64,000 nucleotides of DNA from an uncultured Enterobacteriaceae bacterium (GTDB lineage Bacteria > Pseudomonadota > Gammaproteobacteria > Burkholderiales > SG8-39). The notes under the pieces are model-generated. The model ran no database searches and was not told where the DNA came from. It worked only from the letters and a program-made list of their open reading frames with translations. The position numbers and the translations under genes were made by a program. Within the stretch, counting starts at the first letter, position 1; every line of letters begins with the position of its first letter. Location: contig CAZYVT010000007.1 of assembly GCA_964651335.1 (NCBI GenBank), positions 24,893 through 88,892 on the forward strand, given 5' to 3'. Below are positions 10,393 to 21,465 of this stretch, piece by piece.

Positions 10393-11985
10393 TCACGTTC
10401 GCGTCTCGCGGCACAGCATCCTGAAATGCGCTCCCTTCATGTCGTTCACGTACTCGAGCGCGGCGCGATTGGCAGCGCACAGTTCGCGTGCGAGATAAAG
10501 CCCGAGCCCCGTTCCCTTGCTCTCGGTGGTGAAAAAGGGCTCGAACAGCTGCGCCTGATCTTCCAGCGCGACACCCGGGCCGTTGTCAACAACGTTCAAT
10601 TCTACTTGACGGGCAAGCGCTCGAAGCTCGATCCGCACGCTGCGCGGTTCCGTCCTGGCGTAACGCACCGCGTTTCGCAGCAGGTTCCAGAGCACCTGGC
10701 GCAGGTGCTCGCGGTCGAACTCGACCGCGGCCTCGCGCGCGGCCGTAAGCGCAAAACGGTCGCTCGGCACGGATTCGTTGGCCGCGAAGTCCTCCAGGAA
10801 TCCCGGCAGCCAGGCCTTGAGATCGATCCGCTCGGCGGCGATCCGGTCGCGGCGGTTGAGCTGCATGATGTCCGACACGAGGCGGTCCAGCCGCCGCGTG
10901 TTGTCGCGGATGATCTGCGTCAGGCGTTCGCGATCATGCTCGCCCCTGTCCTCCTCGAGGAGATCAACCGAATGACTGATCGCCGACAGCGGATTGCGGA
11001 TCTCGTGCGCGATGTTCGCCGTCAGCCGGCCGAGTGCCGCGAGCTTGAGCTGCCGGGCCTGCTCGCGCGAGCGCGAGACGTCCTCGACGAACAGCACGGT
11101 GAACTCTTCCCCCGCGCCGGCCTCGACGAGCCGCACGCGCAGTTCCCGGCCGTGCACGTCGACGTCGGCGGGCGGGCTCCAGACTCGCTTTTCGCGCCAG
11201 GCGCGCCAGGTCTCGCCGAACGCCGGTACCAGCCGGGCGAGTTCCGTTCCGACCAGCGCCTCGACGTCAAGCAGGCGCTGCGCCTGGGGGTTGTGCTGCG
11301 TTACTCGCCCCTCGCGGTCCAGTACCAGCACGCCGTCCTGCATGTCGGTGATCACCAGTTGGTTGACCCGCATTTGATTCTCGAGCTCCTGGCCGCGCTG
11401 GCGCGCCAAGAGCTCGCTCGCGGAAACCCGCTGCGCCAGCCAGCTGGTGACGCCGGCGCTGGCAAAGCAGCCGATCGCCAGCAGCCCCGGCTGCAGGTAG
11501 TTCGCTTCGGGCGCGTCGAACGCGAGCACCCAGTAGCCTTGCTCGAGCAGCAGTGCGATTGCGGCGAGCGCTGCATACAACAGCGAAAGCCGCCGCGGCG
11601 CGACCAGCGCCGCGCCAATGAGCGAAATCAGCAGCATGATGCCCAGGCCGCTGCGGATCCCGCCGCTCGCATACATGAGCAGAACGATGGCGACGACATC
11701 GGTAAAGGCGTGCACCGACAGCTGCAGATTGAATCGGTCGTGCCACCCGCGCAGCAGCCAGTGAAACGCCACGCCGAAGGCGAGGTAGGCGCCGCAAACG
11801 CCCCGAAAAACATCGATCCGGTGCGAGCCCAGGTTGAACGTGTCGCCGTACATCGCCGACGCCCCGAGGAACAGCGTCGCGATTCCGATGCGGTACAGGT
11901 TGAAATACCGCAGCGAGATCCAGAACGATTCCGGCTTGCCCGGATCGCTTCCGAACAGGCCCGAGTAGCGCGGCGGTGCGTCCAT
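10393..11985 (-). CDS. pilS: sensor histidine kinase PilS (multi-TM N-domain, PAS, HisKA, HATPase)
   Basis: Start at MDAPPRYSG gives 530 aa. There are about six hydrophobic helices, then the H-box LTANIAHEIRNPL and the N/G boxes (NLLRNA, DNGPGV, GTGLGL). The ATG overlaps the stop of the PP0621-like gene. Confidence 0.75.
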   Translation of the reverse strand: MDAPPRYSGLFGSDPGKPESFWISLRYFNLYRIGIATLFLGASAMYGDTFNLGSHRIDVFRGVCGAYLAFGVAFHWLLRGWHDRFNLQLSVHAFTDVVAIVLLMYASGGIRSGLGIMLLISLIGAALVAPRRLSLLYAALAAIALLLEQGYWVLAFDAPEANYLQPGLLAIGCFASAGVTSWLAQRVSASELLARQRGQELENQMRVNQLVITDMQDGVLVLDREGRVTQHNPQAQRLLDVEALVGTELARLVPAFGETWRAWREKRVWSPPADVDVHGRELRVRLVEAGAGEEFTVLFVEDVSRSREQARQLKLAALGRLTANIAHEIRNPLSAISHSVDLLEEDRGEHDRERLTQIIRDNTRRLDRLVSDIMQLNRRDRIAAERIDLKAWLPGFLEDFAANESVPSDRFALTAAREAAVEFDREHLRQVLWNLLRNAVRYARTEPRSVRIELRALARQVELNVVDNGPGVALEDQAQLFEPFFTTESKGTGLGLYLARELCAANRAALEYVNDMKGAHFRMLCRETRT

Positions 11986-12218
11986 CAGTCGTCCCGCGGC
12001 CCGAGTCGCCCGTGCTCTTCGCTGCAATACTGGCGTCCGTCCGCGTCGCGCGACTCCGAGCGCGGCAGATGCACGCCGCAGTGCGCGCAACGCACCAGCT
12101 CTCCGCGCGCAGGCCCCGGTGGCGAGCCCTCGCCACGCCTCGAACGGCCGGCGAGCGCGCTGCGCACGAGCCAGATCAGGATGAACAGCGCAACGACGAG
12201 CAGGATGAAGCGGCCCAT
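11985..12218 (-). CDS. PP0621-family small membrane/zinc-ribbon protein
   Basis: 77 aa with an N-terminal TM helix (MGRFILLVVALFILIWLV) and CxHCGxH...YCSxxH motifs. It sits in the usual position upstream of pilS. Confidence 0.6.
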   Translation of the reverse strand: MGRFILLVVALFILIWLVRSALAGRSRRGEGSPPGPARGELVRCAHCGVHLPRSESRDADGRQYCSEEHGRLGPRDD

Positions 12219-12257
12219 GGCTCAATTATGACGGGCCTACCGCAACATTGGGGGGAT

Positions 12258-12334
12258 TGGTCGGGGTGACTGGATTTGAACCAGCGACTCCTGCGTCCCG
12301 AACGCAGTACTCTACCAGGCTGAGCTACACCCCG
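12258..12334 (-). tRNA. tRNA-Pro (anticodon CGG)
   Basis: The reverse complement CGGGGTGTAGCTCAGCCTGGTAGAGTACTGCGTTCGGGACGCAGGAGTCGCTGGTTCAAATCCAGTCACCCCGACCA folds as a cloverleaf. The anticodon loop is TTCGGGA. Confidence 0.9.
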
Positions 12335-12349
12335 AAGCCGATGACGCCG

Positions 12350-13318
12350 CTAGTGACTTCGCGTCACGGAAAAAGCGGCCAATTCTAGCAAAGATTCCCT
12401 GTGCGCCGAGCCCGGCAGCCGCTCGAGCGCGCCTCGCGCGGCGTCGACCTCGCGGCGCGCGGTCTCGCGCGCGTACGCAAGTGCGCCGGTCGCTTCGATC
12501 GCCGCGATCACACGCGGAAAATCGTCCCGGCCGCCCTCGACCAGTGCGCGCCGCACGATTGCGGCCTGCTCGGGCGTCCCCGCCGCCATCGCGCGAATCA
12601 GCGGCAGCGTGGGTTTGCCTTCGCCGAGATCGTCGCCCAGGCTCTTGCCGATCTCCTGCGTGTCGCCGGAATAGTCGAGCACGTCGTCGATCAGCTGGAA
12701 GGCGGTGCCCACATGCATGCCGTATTCGGCGAGCGCCTCCTCGACGCCGGGCGCAACGCCGCCGAGAATTCCGCCGAGCCGGGCCGCCGCCTCGAACAGC
12801 TTCGCGGTCTTGCGGCGGATCACTTCCAGGTAACGCGGCTCGTCCACGTCGGCGTTGTGGCAGTTCAGGAGCTGCAGGACTTCGCCTTCCGCGATGGTAT
12901 TGGTCGCGTCGGCGAGCACGCGCATCACTCGCATGCTGTCCACGCTGACCATCATCTGGAATGCGCGCGAATAAACGAAGTCACCCACCAGCACCGACGC
13001 GGCATTGCCGAACGCCGCGTTCGCGGTCCTTCGGCCGCGGCGCAGTTGCGACTCGTCGACGACGTCGTCGTGCAACAGCGTCGCGGTGTGAATGAACTCG
13101 ATGACCGCCGCGAGCCCGAAGCGCGCCTCGCCGCGATATCCGACTGCGTCCGCGGCCAGCAGCAGCAGCGCCGGCCGCAGGCGCTTGCCGCCGCCGCCGA
13201 TGATGTACTCGGCGACTTGGCGAATCAGCGCCACGTCCGAGTCGAGCCGCGCGCGGATCACTTCGTCTACGCGCCGCATGTCCGCGGCGACCGGAGCGAG
13301 AAAAGGCAGGGTTTCCAT
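12350..13318 (-). CDS. ispB: octaprenyl diphosphate synthase
   Basis: 322 aa with both aspartate-rich motifs (LLHDDVVD and FQLIDDVLDY). Confidence 0.9.
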   Translation of the reverse strand: METLPFLAPVAADMRRVDEVIRARLDSDVALIRQVAEYIIGGGGKRLRPALLLLAADAVGYRGEARFGLAAVIEFIHTATLLHDDVVDESQLRRGRRTANAAFGNAASVLVGDFVYSRAFQMMVSVDSMRVMRVLADATNTIAEGEVLQLLNCHNADVDEPRYLEVIRRKTAKLFEAAARLGGILGGVAPGVEEALAEYGMHVGTAFQLIDDVLDYSGDTQEIGKSLGDDLGEGKPTLPLIRAMAAGTPEQAAIVRRALVEGGRDDFPRVIAAIEATGALAYARETARREVDAARGALERLPGSAHRESLLELAAFSVTRSH

Positions 13319-13418
13319 GCGGGCGGGGCGCGAAGCTTAGCACAGGGGGCTTTGACGGGCGAGAACGAAATCCCCTATAATTCCAAGACTTTGCGGGTCA
13401 ACAGCGGGTCCATTTCCA

Positions 13419-13736
13419 ATGTACGCAGTGATGAAGTCAGGCGGCAAGCAATACCGCGTCAAGGCGGGCGAATCGGTACGCGTCGAGACGTTGACGGCGG
13501 CGGTCGGCGCGGCGGTGTCGTTCGATCAGGTCTTGATGGTCGGCGAGGGCGAGGGAGCGCGCATCGGGGCGCCGTTCGTCGAAGGAGCGAGAATCCATGC
13601 GACCGTCGTATCGCACGGTCGCGGTGAAAAGATGAAGATCTTCAAGCTGCGCCGCCGCAAGCACCACCAGAAAACCCAAGGGCACCGGCAGTCCTACACC
13701 GAGGTGCGCATCGACGACATCGTGACGCAGGGGTGA
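13419..13736 (+). CDS. rplU: 50S ribosomal protein L21
   Basis: [14 protein letters not shown]...KFKRRKHHQK-like sequence. Confidence 0.95.
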   Translation: MYAVMKSGGKQYRVKAGESVRVETLTAAVGAAVSFDQVLMVGEGEGARIGAPFVEGARIHATVVSHGRGEKMKIFKLRRRKHHQKTQGHRQSYTEVRIDDIVTQG

Positions 13737-13739
13737 CGA

Positions 13740-13997
13740 ATGGCACACAAGAAAGCAGGCGGGAGTTCGCGCAACGGCCGTGATTCGCAGGCCAAGCGCC
13801 TGGGAGTGAAGGTGTTCGGCGGAGAACGTGTCAACGCGGGCCAGATCCTGGTGCGGCAGCGCGGCACGCGGGTGCACGCGGGCACCGACGTCGGCATGGG
13901 GCGGGATCACACGCTGTTCGCGAGAGCCGCCGGTACCGTCGAGTACGCGACCAAGGGCCGTGACAACAACAAGATCGTGAGCATAGTACCTGCTTAG
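13740..13997 (+). CDS. rpmA: 50S ribosomal protein L27
   Basis: [24 protein letters not shown]... Confidence 0.95.
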   Translation: MAHKKAGGSSRNGRDSQAKRLGVKVFGGERVNAGQILVRQRGTRVHAGTDVGMGRDHTLFARAAGTVEYATKGRDNNKIVSIVPA

Positions 13998-14020
13998 GAC
14001 GAGCGTCCGACTCCGCGTAA

Positions 14021-14050
14021 AGCCCTATCATGGTCGATAGGGCTTTTTAA
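14021..14050 (+). terminator. rho-independent terminator/attenuator between rpmA and obg
   Basis: Stem AGCCCTATC / GATAGGGCT with loop ATGGTC, followed by TTTTAATTT. Confidence 0.6.
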
Positions 14051-14060
14051 TTTCCAGGCC

Positions 14061-15098
14061 ATGAAATTCATCGACGAAGCGAGAATCCAGGTGCACGCCG
14101 GCAACGGCGGCGACGGCAGCGCCGCGTTCCGGCGCGAGAAGTACGTGCCGCGCGGCGGCCCGTCTGGCGGCGACGGCGGCCGTGGCGGCAGCGTCTGGGC
14201 GGTCGCCGACCGCAACATCAATACTCTCGTGGACTACCGCTTCGCGCGCATTCACCGCGCCGAGAGCGGCGAACACGGGCGCGGCGCGGACCAGTATGGC
14301 CGCGCCGGCCGCGATATCGAGCTGCGGATGCCCGTCGGCACGATCGTGCGCGAAGCGCAAAACCGCGAAACCATTGCCGACCTCGCGAAGGACGGCGCGC
14401 GTGCGCTTCTCGCAAAGGGCGGTCGGGGCGGATTGGGCAACCTCCATTTCAAGTCGAGCGTCAACCGCTCGCCGCGCCAGTTCACTCGCGGCGAGACGGG
14501 CGAAAACCACGAGTTGGCGCTCGAGCTGCGCCTGCTTGCCGATGTCGGGCTGTTGGGACTGCCGAACGCAGGCAAGTCCACCTTCATCCGCGCGGTTTCC
14601 AGCGCGCGGCCGAAAGTCGCCGACTACCCCTTCACGACCCTCGATCCCTCGCTCGGGGTGGTGCGGATCGGTCACAACGCCAGCTTCGTGGTCGCCGACA
14701 TCCCGGGCCTGATCGAGGGTGCTGCCGAGGGCGCAGGGCTCGGACACCAGTTTCTGCGCCACCTTGCGCGTACCAAGCTGCTGCTGCACCTGGTCGACAT
14801 CGCGCCGCTCGACGAGACTTCCGACCCGGCGCGCGACGCGCGCGCAATCGCGCTGGAACTGAAGAAGTACGACGAAACGCTCTACCGGAAACCGCGCTGG
14901 CTGGTGTTCAACAAGACCGATCTGGTGGCGGACGCCGAGGCACGCGTCCGCGGAATTCTGCGCACGCTGCGCTGGAAGGCCCCATGGTTCAGGATCTCCG
15001 CGCTGACCGGCGAAGGCTGTCGCCAGGTCTGCGCCGCGGCCTACCGATTCATCGCCGTGCGCAAGGAGCGCGCGGTGCGCCCTCGTCGCGCGGCGTGA
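14061..15098 (+). CDS. obg: GTPase Obg/CgtA
   Basis: [19 protein letters not shown] glycine-rich Obg fold, then the G1 motif GLPNAGKST and the DIPGLIEGA motif. Confidence 0.95.
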   Translation: MKFIDEARIQVHAGNGGDGSAAFRREKYVPRGGPSGGDGGRGGSVWAVADRNINTLVDYRFARIHRAESGEHGRGADQYGRAGRDIELRMPVGTIVREAQNRETIADLAKDGARALLAKGGRGGLGNLHFKSSVNRSPRQFTRGETGENHELALELRLLADVGLLGLPNAGKSTFIRAVSSARPKVADYPFTTLDPSLGVVRIGHNASFVVADIPGLIEGAAEGAGLGHQFLRHLARTKLLLHLVDIAPLDETSDPARDARAIALELKKYDETLYRKPRWLVFNKTDLVADAEARVRGILRTLRWKAPWFRISALTGEGCRQVCAAAYRFIAVRKERAVRPRRAA

Positions 15099-15108
15099 GG
15101 GCCGCAGC

Positions 15109-16230
15109 GTGCCGCGCGGACCGATCGCAGCTGCGAAAACCCTGGTCGTGAAGGTAGGATCTTCGCTCGTCACCAACGATGGGCGCGGCCTCGATGTTGA
15201 AGCGATCGCGCGCTGGGCTGCGCAGATCGCACGCCTGCACCAGGCGGGGAAGCGGTGCATCCTGGTTTCCTCGGGCGCAATCGCCGAAGGCATGCAGCGC
15301 CTCGGCTGGACGCGTCGCCCGCATGCGATGCATGAACTTCAGGCCGCCGCGGCGATCGGGCAGATGGGGCTGGCGCAGTGTTACGAATCCTGTTTTCGCG
15401 AGCACGGCCTCGCCACCGCGCAGGTGCTCCTGACGCATGCCGACATGGCCGACCGGCAGCGCTACCTCAACGCGCGTTCCACGCTCCGGACTTTGCTCGC
15501 ACTCGGAGTGATCCCGGTGATCAACGAGAACGATACCGTGGTCACCGACGAGATCCGGTTCGGCGACAACGACACCCTCGGGGCGCTGGTCACCAATCTG
15601 GTGGAAGCCGACGCGCTCGTGATCCTCACCGACCAGGCGGGACTGTACGACGCCGATCCGCGCCGCCACCCCGGAGCCCACCTTGTCGCCGAGGCAAAGG
15701 CAGGCGATCCGCGGCTTGAGGATATTGCCGGCGGCACCGGAACGGGCATCGCGAAGGGCGGCATGATCAGCAAGGTACTCGCCGCAAAACGAGCCGCGCG
15801 CAGCGGCGCGCACACGGTCATCGCGTCCGGTCGCGAGACCGACGTGCTGTTGCGGCTGGCAAACGGCGAGCGACTCGGCACTCTGCTGCTCGCGCAGACC
15901 CAGCCGCTTGCGGCGCGCAAGCAGTGGGTCGCCGATCACCTCAATGTTGCCGGGCGCTTGAGGCTGGACGCAGGCGCGGTCAAGGCGCTGGTGCGCAATG
16001 GCAAGAGCCTCCTGCCGATCGGCGTGACCGACGTCATCGGCGAGTTCGTACGCGGCGAGGTCGTGGGCTGCGAGGATCCGGAGGGCCGTGAGGTTGCGCG
16101 AGGTCTGATCAACTACTCCGCGGCAGAGACGCGCCTCATCCTGCGGCGTCCCTCCAGCGAAATCGAAAGCGTTCTCGGCTACGTGGACGAGCCGGAACTC
16201 ATCCACAGGGATAATTTGGTACTTCTCTAG
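15109..16230 (+). CDS. proB: glutamate 5-kinase (with PUA domain)
   Basis: [17 protein letters not shown], and a C-terminal PUA-like region. GTG start. Confidence 0.95.
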   Translation: MPRGPIAAAKTLVVKVGSSLVTNDGRGLDVEAIARWAAQIARLHQAGKRCILVSSGAIAEGMQRLGWTRRPHAMHELQAAAAIGQMGLAQCYESCFREHGLATAQVLLTHADMADRQRYLNARSTLRTLLALGVIPVINENDTVVTDEIRFGDNDTLGALVTNLVEADALVILTDQAGLYDADPRRHPGAHLVAEAKAGDPRLEDIAGGTGTGIAKGGMISKVLAAKRAARSGAHTVIASGRETDVLLRLANGERLGTLLLAQTQPLAARKQWVADHLNVAGRLRLDAGAVKALVRNGKSLLPIGVTDVIGEFVRGEVVGCEDPEGREVARGLINYSAAETRLILRRPSSEIESVLGYVDEPELIHRDNLVLL

Positions 16231-16763
16231 AACCTCCCGGGGCTCGCGCGCACCGGCGCGGAATGAGGATGGCCGCCTCGGCTGAGCGCGTCGAGCCCTT
16301 CGGCGGCGTCGAAGATTGGTATTCTCTGGGGGCAAAAATAGTCGCGCCAGAGAGCGTGGCGCCAGCGCTGGACGCTCTTCTGCTCGATCGGCCGCCAATC
16401 CGATGCGCGCGCCGCCCAGCCGCCGCCGGTGTGGCCGTAGGCGTAGATCTTGTACATGCCGGTCTTGCATCGAATGCCCTCGTACGTCACGTTTTCTGCG
16501 CCTGCGGCGCTGCGCGCGAGCAGCGCATAGCGCACCACGCCGTCAGGGCTTACGGAAAGAGAAGCCCGGTCGATGAAGAATCGGAATTGCGTTGCCGCGC
16601 TGACGTAGAACTCGACCAGGTCCCCGGCCTTCGGGTAGGCAGGAAGCTTGACATCGCCCTCGGTCCAGTTGCGCTCTTCCTGCTCGATTTCCCAATCGGA
16701 TTTCGGCTGCGCTGCGACGTGCGCGGCGCAAAATACAAGCAGCAGCGCGAGAATGCGCCTCAA
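16227..16763 (-). CDS. CNP1-like family periplasmic protein
   Basis: 178 aa with a signal peptide. [20 protein letters not shown]...[23 protein letters not shown] is the typical CNP1-like pattern. The stop overlaps the proB stop at a CTAG. Confidence 0.7.
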   Translation of the reverse strand: MRRILALLLVFCAAHVAAQPKSDWEIEQEERNWTEGDVKLPAYPKAGDLVEFYVSAATQFRFFIDRASLSVSPDGVVRYALLARSAAGAENVTYEGIRCKTGMYKIYAYGHTGGGWAARASDWRPIEQKSVQRWRHALWRDYFCPQRIPIFDAAEGLDALSRGGHPHSAPVRASPGRF

Positions 16764-17341
16764 GAGAGGTCGCCGGCGAGCGCAGCCTTCGTTTCCGGGG
16801 CCGCCTCGACGCTGGCTCGGTAGTTCGGGTGATCTACGCCGATCTGCAGGCCGACCCCGTACCTGAGGGCTTGGCGCATCTCATTGCTCAGCTCGAGGCG
16901 CAGGAAGTGCACCGACGAAGTCTTGTCCTCGGTTTCGCGCTCGAGATCCTCGTCCGCGATCGCGTAGACGCGACCGCAGCCCTCGACCTGCACCCAGACC
17001 CGGTCCTCGATTCCCTTGAGCGCGGCGAGCTGCCTGTGACGCTCCCCGACGTCCGGATACTCGAGCATCATGGTCGCTTTCCAGTTGCTGCCGTCGGGAA
17101 CGAGCGGATTGTAGACGTCGAGCTCGCCCCGAATGCCGTCGTCTTCGAAAATGCGCTCGATGCGCAGCATCTCCTGGATCTGATAGCGCACCGTGAGCTC
17201 GTCCTCGAACAGCAGAGTCAGGTGCGCCCCCAGATGCACGGTGCGGTGCTTCTTGTGTTCCATGACGCGGGCGCGAAACTCCCTTCGCGCCCGCGCGTAG
17301 GCTTCGAGCGAGAGCAGGCTCTCGCGCGCGATCTGCGGCAT
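16760..17341 (-). CDS. DUF3501 family protein
   Basis: Start taken at [23 protein letters not shown]. Contains [28 protein letters not shown]. It sits in the usual position downstream of rubrerythrin. Confidence 0.7.
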   Translation of the reverse strand: MPQIARESLLSLEAYARARREFRARVMEHKKHRTVHLGAHLTLLFEDELTVRYQIQEMLRIERIFEDDGIRGELDVYNPLVPDGSNWKATMMLEYPDVGERHRQLAALKGIEDRVWVQVEGCGRVYAIADEDLERETEDKTSSVHFLRLELSNEMRQALRYGVGLQIGVDHPNYRASVEAAPETKAALAGDLS

Positions 17342-17375
17342 CCCCCGGCCAGGAAAAGACTGAACGCGGCGCCGG

Positions 17376-17795
17376 TCAGTCGACCAGCGCGTCCAGCGCC
17401 TTCTGAAAGCGGTTGGCGTGCGAGCGCTCGGCCTTGGCAAGCGTTTCGAACCAATCGGCAATTTCCGTGAAACCCTCCTGGCGCGCCTCCCTGGCCATCC
17501 CCGGGTACATGTCGGTGTACTCGTGCGTTTCTCCCGCGATCGCGGCGTGCAGGTTCAGCCGCGTCTTGCCGATGGGCTTGTCGGTGGCGGGATCGCCGAC
17601 CGGTTCCATGTACTCGAGGTGTCCGTGGGCGTGGCCGGTCTCGCCTTCGGCAGTGGATCGAAACACCGCCGCGACGTCGTTCTGGCCCTCGACGTCGGCC
17701 TTGGCAGCGAAATACAGATAGCGCCGGTTGGCTTGCGATTCGCCCGCGAACGCGGCCTTGAGATTGTCGTGGGTCCTGGATCCTTTCAGTTGCAT
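17376..17795 (-). CDS. rubrerythrin-family diiron protein (no rubredoxin domain)
   Basis: 139 aa with [19 protein letters not shown] and ExxH motifs ([19 protein letters not shown]). Confidence 0.85.
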   Translation of the reverse strand: MQLKGSRTHDNLKAAFAGESQANRRYLYFAAKADVEGQNDVAAVFRSTAEGETGHAHGHLEYMEPVGDPATDKPIGKTRLNLHAAIAGETHEYTDMYPGMAREARQEGFTEIADWFETLAKAERSHANRFQKALDALVD

Positions 17796-17847
17796 CGTCG
17801 CCTCCTGTGCGAATGTGGGCCTGGAGCCGGAACCTTATCCTCCGGTG

Positions 17848-17888
17848 CGCAATTGATCAAATTGAATATTGCAATTCTTTCAATTGAA
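17848..17888. promoter_or_regulatory. AT-rich promoter/operator candidate with repeated CAATTG palindromes upstream of rubrerythrin
   Basis: CAATTG at 17850 and 17881, with CAAATTG and GCAATT between them. This is the only AT-rich stretch in the rubrerythrin/CBS intergenic region. Confidence 0.3.
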
Positions 17889-17905
17889 GCGGGCTATGCT
17901 GCAGT

Positions 17906-18532
17906 TCAGCGGCCGAGCGCGCTCTCGATCTCGGAGAACGTGCGCGCGACCTCGCCGCCGCTCTGCAGCGCGACCCCGAGCTGGCGCGCCAGCTGCGAGA
18001 TCGAGAAGATGCCGCGCACCATCGCGCGCCGCACCGGCTTGTCGAGCGGACCCTTCGGCGGGAGTACGTCGTAGTCGACCACCAGCGCATGCTGGCGCCC
18101 GGCGCGGCGCAGCGTCTCGAGAACGTGGCCGACGCGTCCGCCCTCGACGTCCGGGAGCGCGAGCACCTCGACGAGGTCCGCCGGCGTCATCACGTCGGCG
18201 ACCGTCAGTTCGTCGCGCCCCATGCCGCGCTCCATCGCCACGCGCATCGCTTTCTCGCCCAGGACCTCGGTCGCCGTAAGCACGCCGAGCACTGCCTCGC
18301 GTTCGTCGACGACCAGCAGCAGGCGCACGCCGCGGGTGATCATGAGCTGCCTGGCGCCCCCGATCGGCGCCTGCGGCCGGATCGTCGCCGCGGTCGCTCG
18401 CGCAAGATCGGTCATCACGTCGAGGGCCGGCGACTCGCGCGTCACGCGCGGGGCCTGCGGTTGCGTCGGCCGCCGAAAACCGGCGCCGTCGCCGAGCTCA
18501 CGGATCGGAAGAGCCTGATACTGTCTGTCCAC
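17906..18532 (-). CDS. CBS domain-containing protein
   Basis: 208 aa with two CBS-like repeats (VMTDL...[20 protein letters not shown] and [13 protein letters not shown]...HALVVD). Confidence 0.75.
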   Translation of the reverse strand: MDRQYQALPIRELGDGAGFRRPTQPQAPRVTRESPALDVMTDLARATAATIRPQAPIGGARQLMITRGVRLLLVVDEREAVLGVLTATEVLGEKAMRVAMERGMGRDELTVADVMTPADLVEVLALPDVEGGRVGHVLETLRRAGRQHALVVDYDVLPPKGPLDKPVRRAMVRGIFSISQLARQLGVALQSGGEVARTFSEIESALGR

Positions 18533-19040
18533 GGGTGACCTCCGGGCGCCTTGCGCGGAGACGCCGGTCGATGTTCAAGAAACGGTACAGCTCGTTCAGC
18601 GCCTGCTGGTAGACCTCACGCTTGAACTCGATCACGGCATCGAGCGGCACCCAGTAGTCGTGCCAGCGCCAGGCGTCGAATTCCGGGTGGCCGCTCGCGC
18701 GCAGCTTGACGTCGCAGTTGCGCCCGACCAGCCGCAGCAGATACCAGATCTGCTTCTGTCCGCGGTAGGTGCCGCGCGAGTCGCGGCGGATCCACTGCGC
18801 CGGCACTTCGTAGCGCAGCCAATGGCGGGTGCGCCCGAGGATCCGGACGTGGTCCGGCCGCAACCCGATCTCCTCTCCGATCTCGCGGTACATCGCCTTC
18901 TCCGGCGTCTCGCCGCGTTCGATGCCGCCCTGCGGAAACTGCCAGGCGTGCTGGTGCACTCGCTTGCCCCAGAACACCTCGTTGCGGGAGTTTGCGAGGA
19001 TGATGCCCACATTCGGCCGGTAGCCGTCGCTGTCGAGCAT
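18498..19040 (-). CDS. rppH: RNA pyrophosphohydrolase (Nudix)
   Basis: [27 protein letters not shown]...[28 protein letters not shown] contains the Nudix box. It is the C-terminal part of a spurious 827-aa track ORF. Confidence 0.9.
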   Translation of the reverse strand: MLDSDGYRPNVGIILANSRNEVFWGKRVHQHAWQFPQGGIERGETPEKAMYREIGEEIGLRPDHVRILGRTRHWLRYEVPAQWIRRDSRGTYRGQKQIWYLLRLVGRNCDVKLRASGHPEFDAWRWHDYWVPLDAVIEFKREVYQQALNELYRFLNIDRRLRARRPEVTRGQTVSGSSDP

Positions 19041-19139
19041 GGCAACACCACCTAGGCTAGAATTCCCGCTGCATTCTTCCATAGCCCCGCACCAAAGACA
19101 ACGCCGTGCGGCGAACGTTTCTCCGCCGGCCCCGACGCG

Positions 19140-20861
19140 ATGCGCGCCTCGCAAATTTTCATCGCTACGATCAAGGAAGCGCCGGCCGAAGCCGAGCTGG
19201 TGAGCCACAAGCTCATGCTGCGTGCGGGTCTCATCCGCCGGCTCGGCTCGGGCCTGTACACCTGGATGCCGCTGGGGTTGCGGGTCCTGCGCAAGGTGGA
19301 GGCCGTGGTACGCGAGGAAATGAACCGCGCCGGCGCGCTCGAGGTCCAGATGCCCTGCGTGATTCCGGCCGAACTCTGGCAGGAGAGCGGCCGGTGGGAG
19401 GCCTTCGGCCCGCAGATGCTGAAAATCAAGGACCGTCATGAGCGCGATTTCCTGTTCGGCCCCACCCATGAAGAGGTGATCACGGACATCGTGCGGCGCG
19501 AGGTGAGGAGCTACCGCCAGCTGCCGGTGCATTTCTACCAGATGCACACCAAGTTCCGCGACGAGATCAGGCCGCGCTTCGGCGTCCTGCGCGCGCGCGA
19601 ATTCCTGATGAAGGACGGCTATTCCTTTCATGCCGATCACGCGGACCTCGAACGCGAGTACCGGAACATGCACGACACCTATGTGCGCATCTTCACGCGG
19701 CTGGGGCTCGGATTCCGCGCCGTTGCCGCGGATCCCGGGGCCATCGGCGGCACGGGTTCGCACGAGTTCCACGTCCTTGCCGATTCCGGCGAAGACGCGA
19801 TTGCCTGGTGTCCGCAGTCCGCCTATGCCGCGAACGTCGAGCTTGCCGAGGCGGTCGCGCCCGCCGCCGGGCGCGCTCCCGGCACGGAACGGATGAAGAA
19901 AGTGCCGACACCGGGCAAGACCAGGTGCGAGGACGTGGCCGAGCTGCTCAAACTTCCGTTCCAGCGCACGGTCAAAGCGGTCGCGGTAATGCATGACGGC
20001 GGATTTGCGCTTCTGCTGGTGCGCGGGGACCACGGCTTGAACGAGTTGAAGGCCTCGAAAACGCCAGGGTTGAATCCCTTTCGTTTCGCCAGCGACGCCG
20101 AAATCGTGCACGCGCTCGGGGGCGCGCCAGGCTACATCGGACCACCCCTCGGAGGGAGCGCCCGGCCCGGCGTCCGCGTGATCGCGGACCGCACGGTCGC
20201 GGCGATGGCAGATTTCGTCTGTGGTGCGAACGAGGAGGGTTTCCACCTTACCGGCGTCAACTGGGGGCGCGACGCACCGGAACCGGAAGTCGCGGATCTG
20301 AGAAATGTGGTCGAGGGCGACCCCAGTCCGGATGGCGCAGGAACGCTGAGGATTCAGCGCGGCATCGAGGTCGGTCACATCTTCCAGCTTCGCACCAAGT
20401 ACTCCGAGGCGATGAAGGCTGCGTATCTCGACCAGAATGGGGTATCGAGACCGATGGAGATGGGGTGCTACGGAATCGGGGTCACGCGCATCGTCGCCGC
20501 CGCGATCGAGCAGAACCACGACTCGCGCGGCATCACGTTTCCACGCCCCATGGCTCCGTTCGAGGTGTGCCTGGTGCCGATCGGCTACCACAAGAGCGTC
20601 GCGGTGCGCGACTGGGCCGACCGGCTCCATGCCGAGCTTGCGGCGGGCGGCATGGACGTGCTGCTCGAGGACCGCGAGGAACGCCCGGGCGTGCTGTTCG
20701 CCGACATGGATCTCATTGGCGTCCCGCACCGGATCGTGATCTCGGACCGCGGGCTCGTCGCCGGCGAGGCGGAATACAAAGGCCGCCGCGACGCCGGACC
20801 GACGAACCTGCCGCTGGCGCAAGCCGCCGCGTTCCTGCGCGAACGCCTCGCGTCCGCATGA
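19140..20861 (+). CDS. proS: proline--tRNA ligase
   Basis: 573 aa with the [30 protein letters not shown] start, class II motifs, and an INS editing domain. Confidence 0.95.
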   Translation: MRASQIFIATIKEAPAEAELVSHKLMLRAGLIRRLGSGLYTWMPLGLRVLRKVEAVVREEMNRAGALEVQMPCVIPAELWQESGRWEAFGPQMLKIKDRHERDFLFGPTHEEVITDIVRREVRSYRQLPVHFYQMHTKFRDEIRPRFGVLRAREFLMKDGYSFHADHADLEREYRNMHDTYVRIFTRLGLGFRAVAADPGAIGGTGSHEFHVLADSGEDAIAWCPQSAYAANVELAEAVAPAAGRAPGTERMKKVPTPGKTRCEDVAELLKLPFQRTVKAVAVMHDGGFALLLVRGDHGLNELKASKTPGLNPFRFASDAEIVHALGGAPGYIGPPLGGSARPGVRVIADRTVAAMADFVCGANEEGFHLTGVNWGRDAPEPEVADLRNVVEGDPSPDGAGTLRIQRGIEVGHIFQLRTKYSEAMKAAYLDQNGVSRPMEMGCYGIGVTRIVAAAIEQNHDSRGITFPRPMAPFEVCLVPIGYHKSVAVRDWADRLHAELAAGGMDVLLEDREERPGVLFADMDLIGVPHRIVISDRGLVAGEAEYKGRRDAGPTNLPLAQAAAFLRERLASA

Positions 20862-21463
20862 AACGGATCGCGGCGCTCCTGTTCGCGGCCGCAATCCTCG
20901 CCCTGCCGCCGTCCGCATTTTCCGGCACCCAGGTCTACGAGCCGCTGGCCGACAGCGTGCGATCCGCGCTGTATGCGGCAATCGCCGACCGGGCGGTTCC
21001 GGTCTTCAATTTCAGGAACCCGCAGCATGCGCATCAATGGCTCTATGAGATGTCGAACAGATTGCAGAAGCGCATTCCGGACCGCAAGGAACGCGTTGCG
21101 CTGCTCAAGACCGTGCACTATGAGGCGACGCGGGCAGGGCTCGATCCGCAGCTCGTTCTGGGAGTGATCGATCTGGAATCCGGCTTTCGCAAGTACGCCG
21201 TGTCCACGGCCGGGGCGCGCGGCTACATGCAGGTGATGCCGTTCTGGACCAAGCTCATCGGCAATGCGCGCGACAACCTGTTCCACCTGCGCAGCAACCT
21301 GCGCTACGGCTGCGTGATCCTGCGCCACTACCTGACGCTGGAAAATGGCGACTACTTCCGTGCGCTCGGCCGCTACAACGGCAGCCTCGGCCGCCCCGAA
21401 TACCCCAGCGCCGTGCACGCGCTGTGGCGCGGACGCTGGAAGTACGACGGACCCATCGGATAG
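20858..21463 (+). CDS. lytic transglycosylase domain (SLT) lipoprotein/periplasmic protein
   Basis: [17 protein letters not shown] signal sequence and [30 protein letters not shown]. An ATGA overlap joins it to the proS stop. Confidence 0.8.
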   Translation: MKRIAALLFAAAILALPPSAFSGTQVYEPLADSVRSALYAAIADRAVPVFNFRNPQHAHQWLYEMSNRLQKRIPDRKERVALLKTVHYEATRAGLDPQLVLGVIDLESGFRKYAVSTAGARGYMQVMPFWTKLIGNARDNLFHLRSNLRYGCVILRHYLTLENGDYFRALGRYNGSLGRPEYPSAVHALWRGRWKYDGPIG

Positions 21464-21465
21464 CC

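Noticed and set aside
10426-12231. 601-aa plus-strand ORF opposite pilS, and the 80-codon N-terminal extension of the pilS track ORF (to 12225)
   Set aside because: The plus-strand ORF is antisense low-complexity sequence. The pilS extension would overlap the well-formed PP0621-like gene. The internal ATG at 11985 gives a 530-aa PilS-length protein.
19041-20981. N-terminal ~650 aa of the 827-aa minus-strand ORF (18498-20981)
   Set aside because: Only the last 180 codons (rppH, starting at MLDSDGY) look like a real protein. The rest is antisense to proS.
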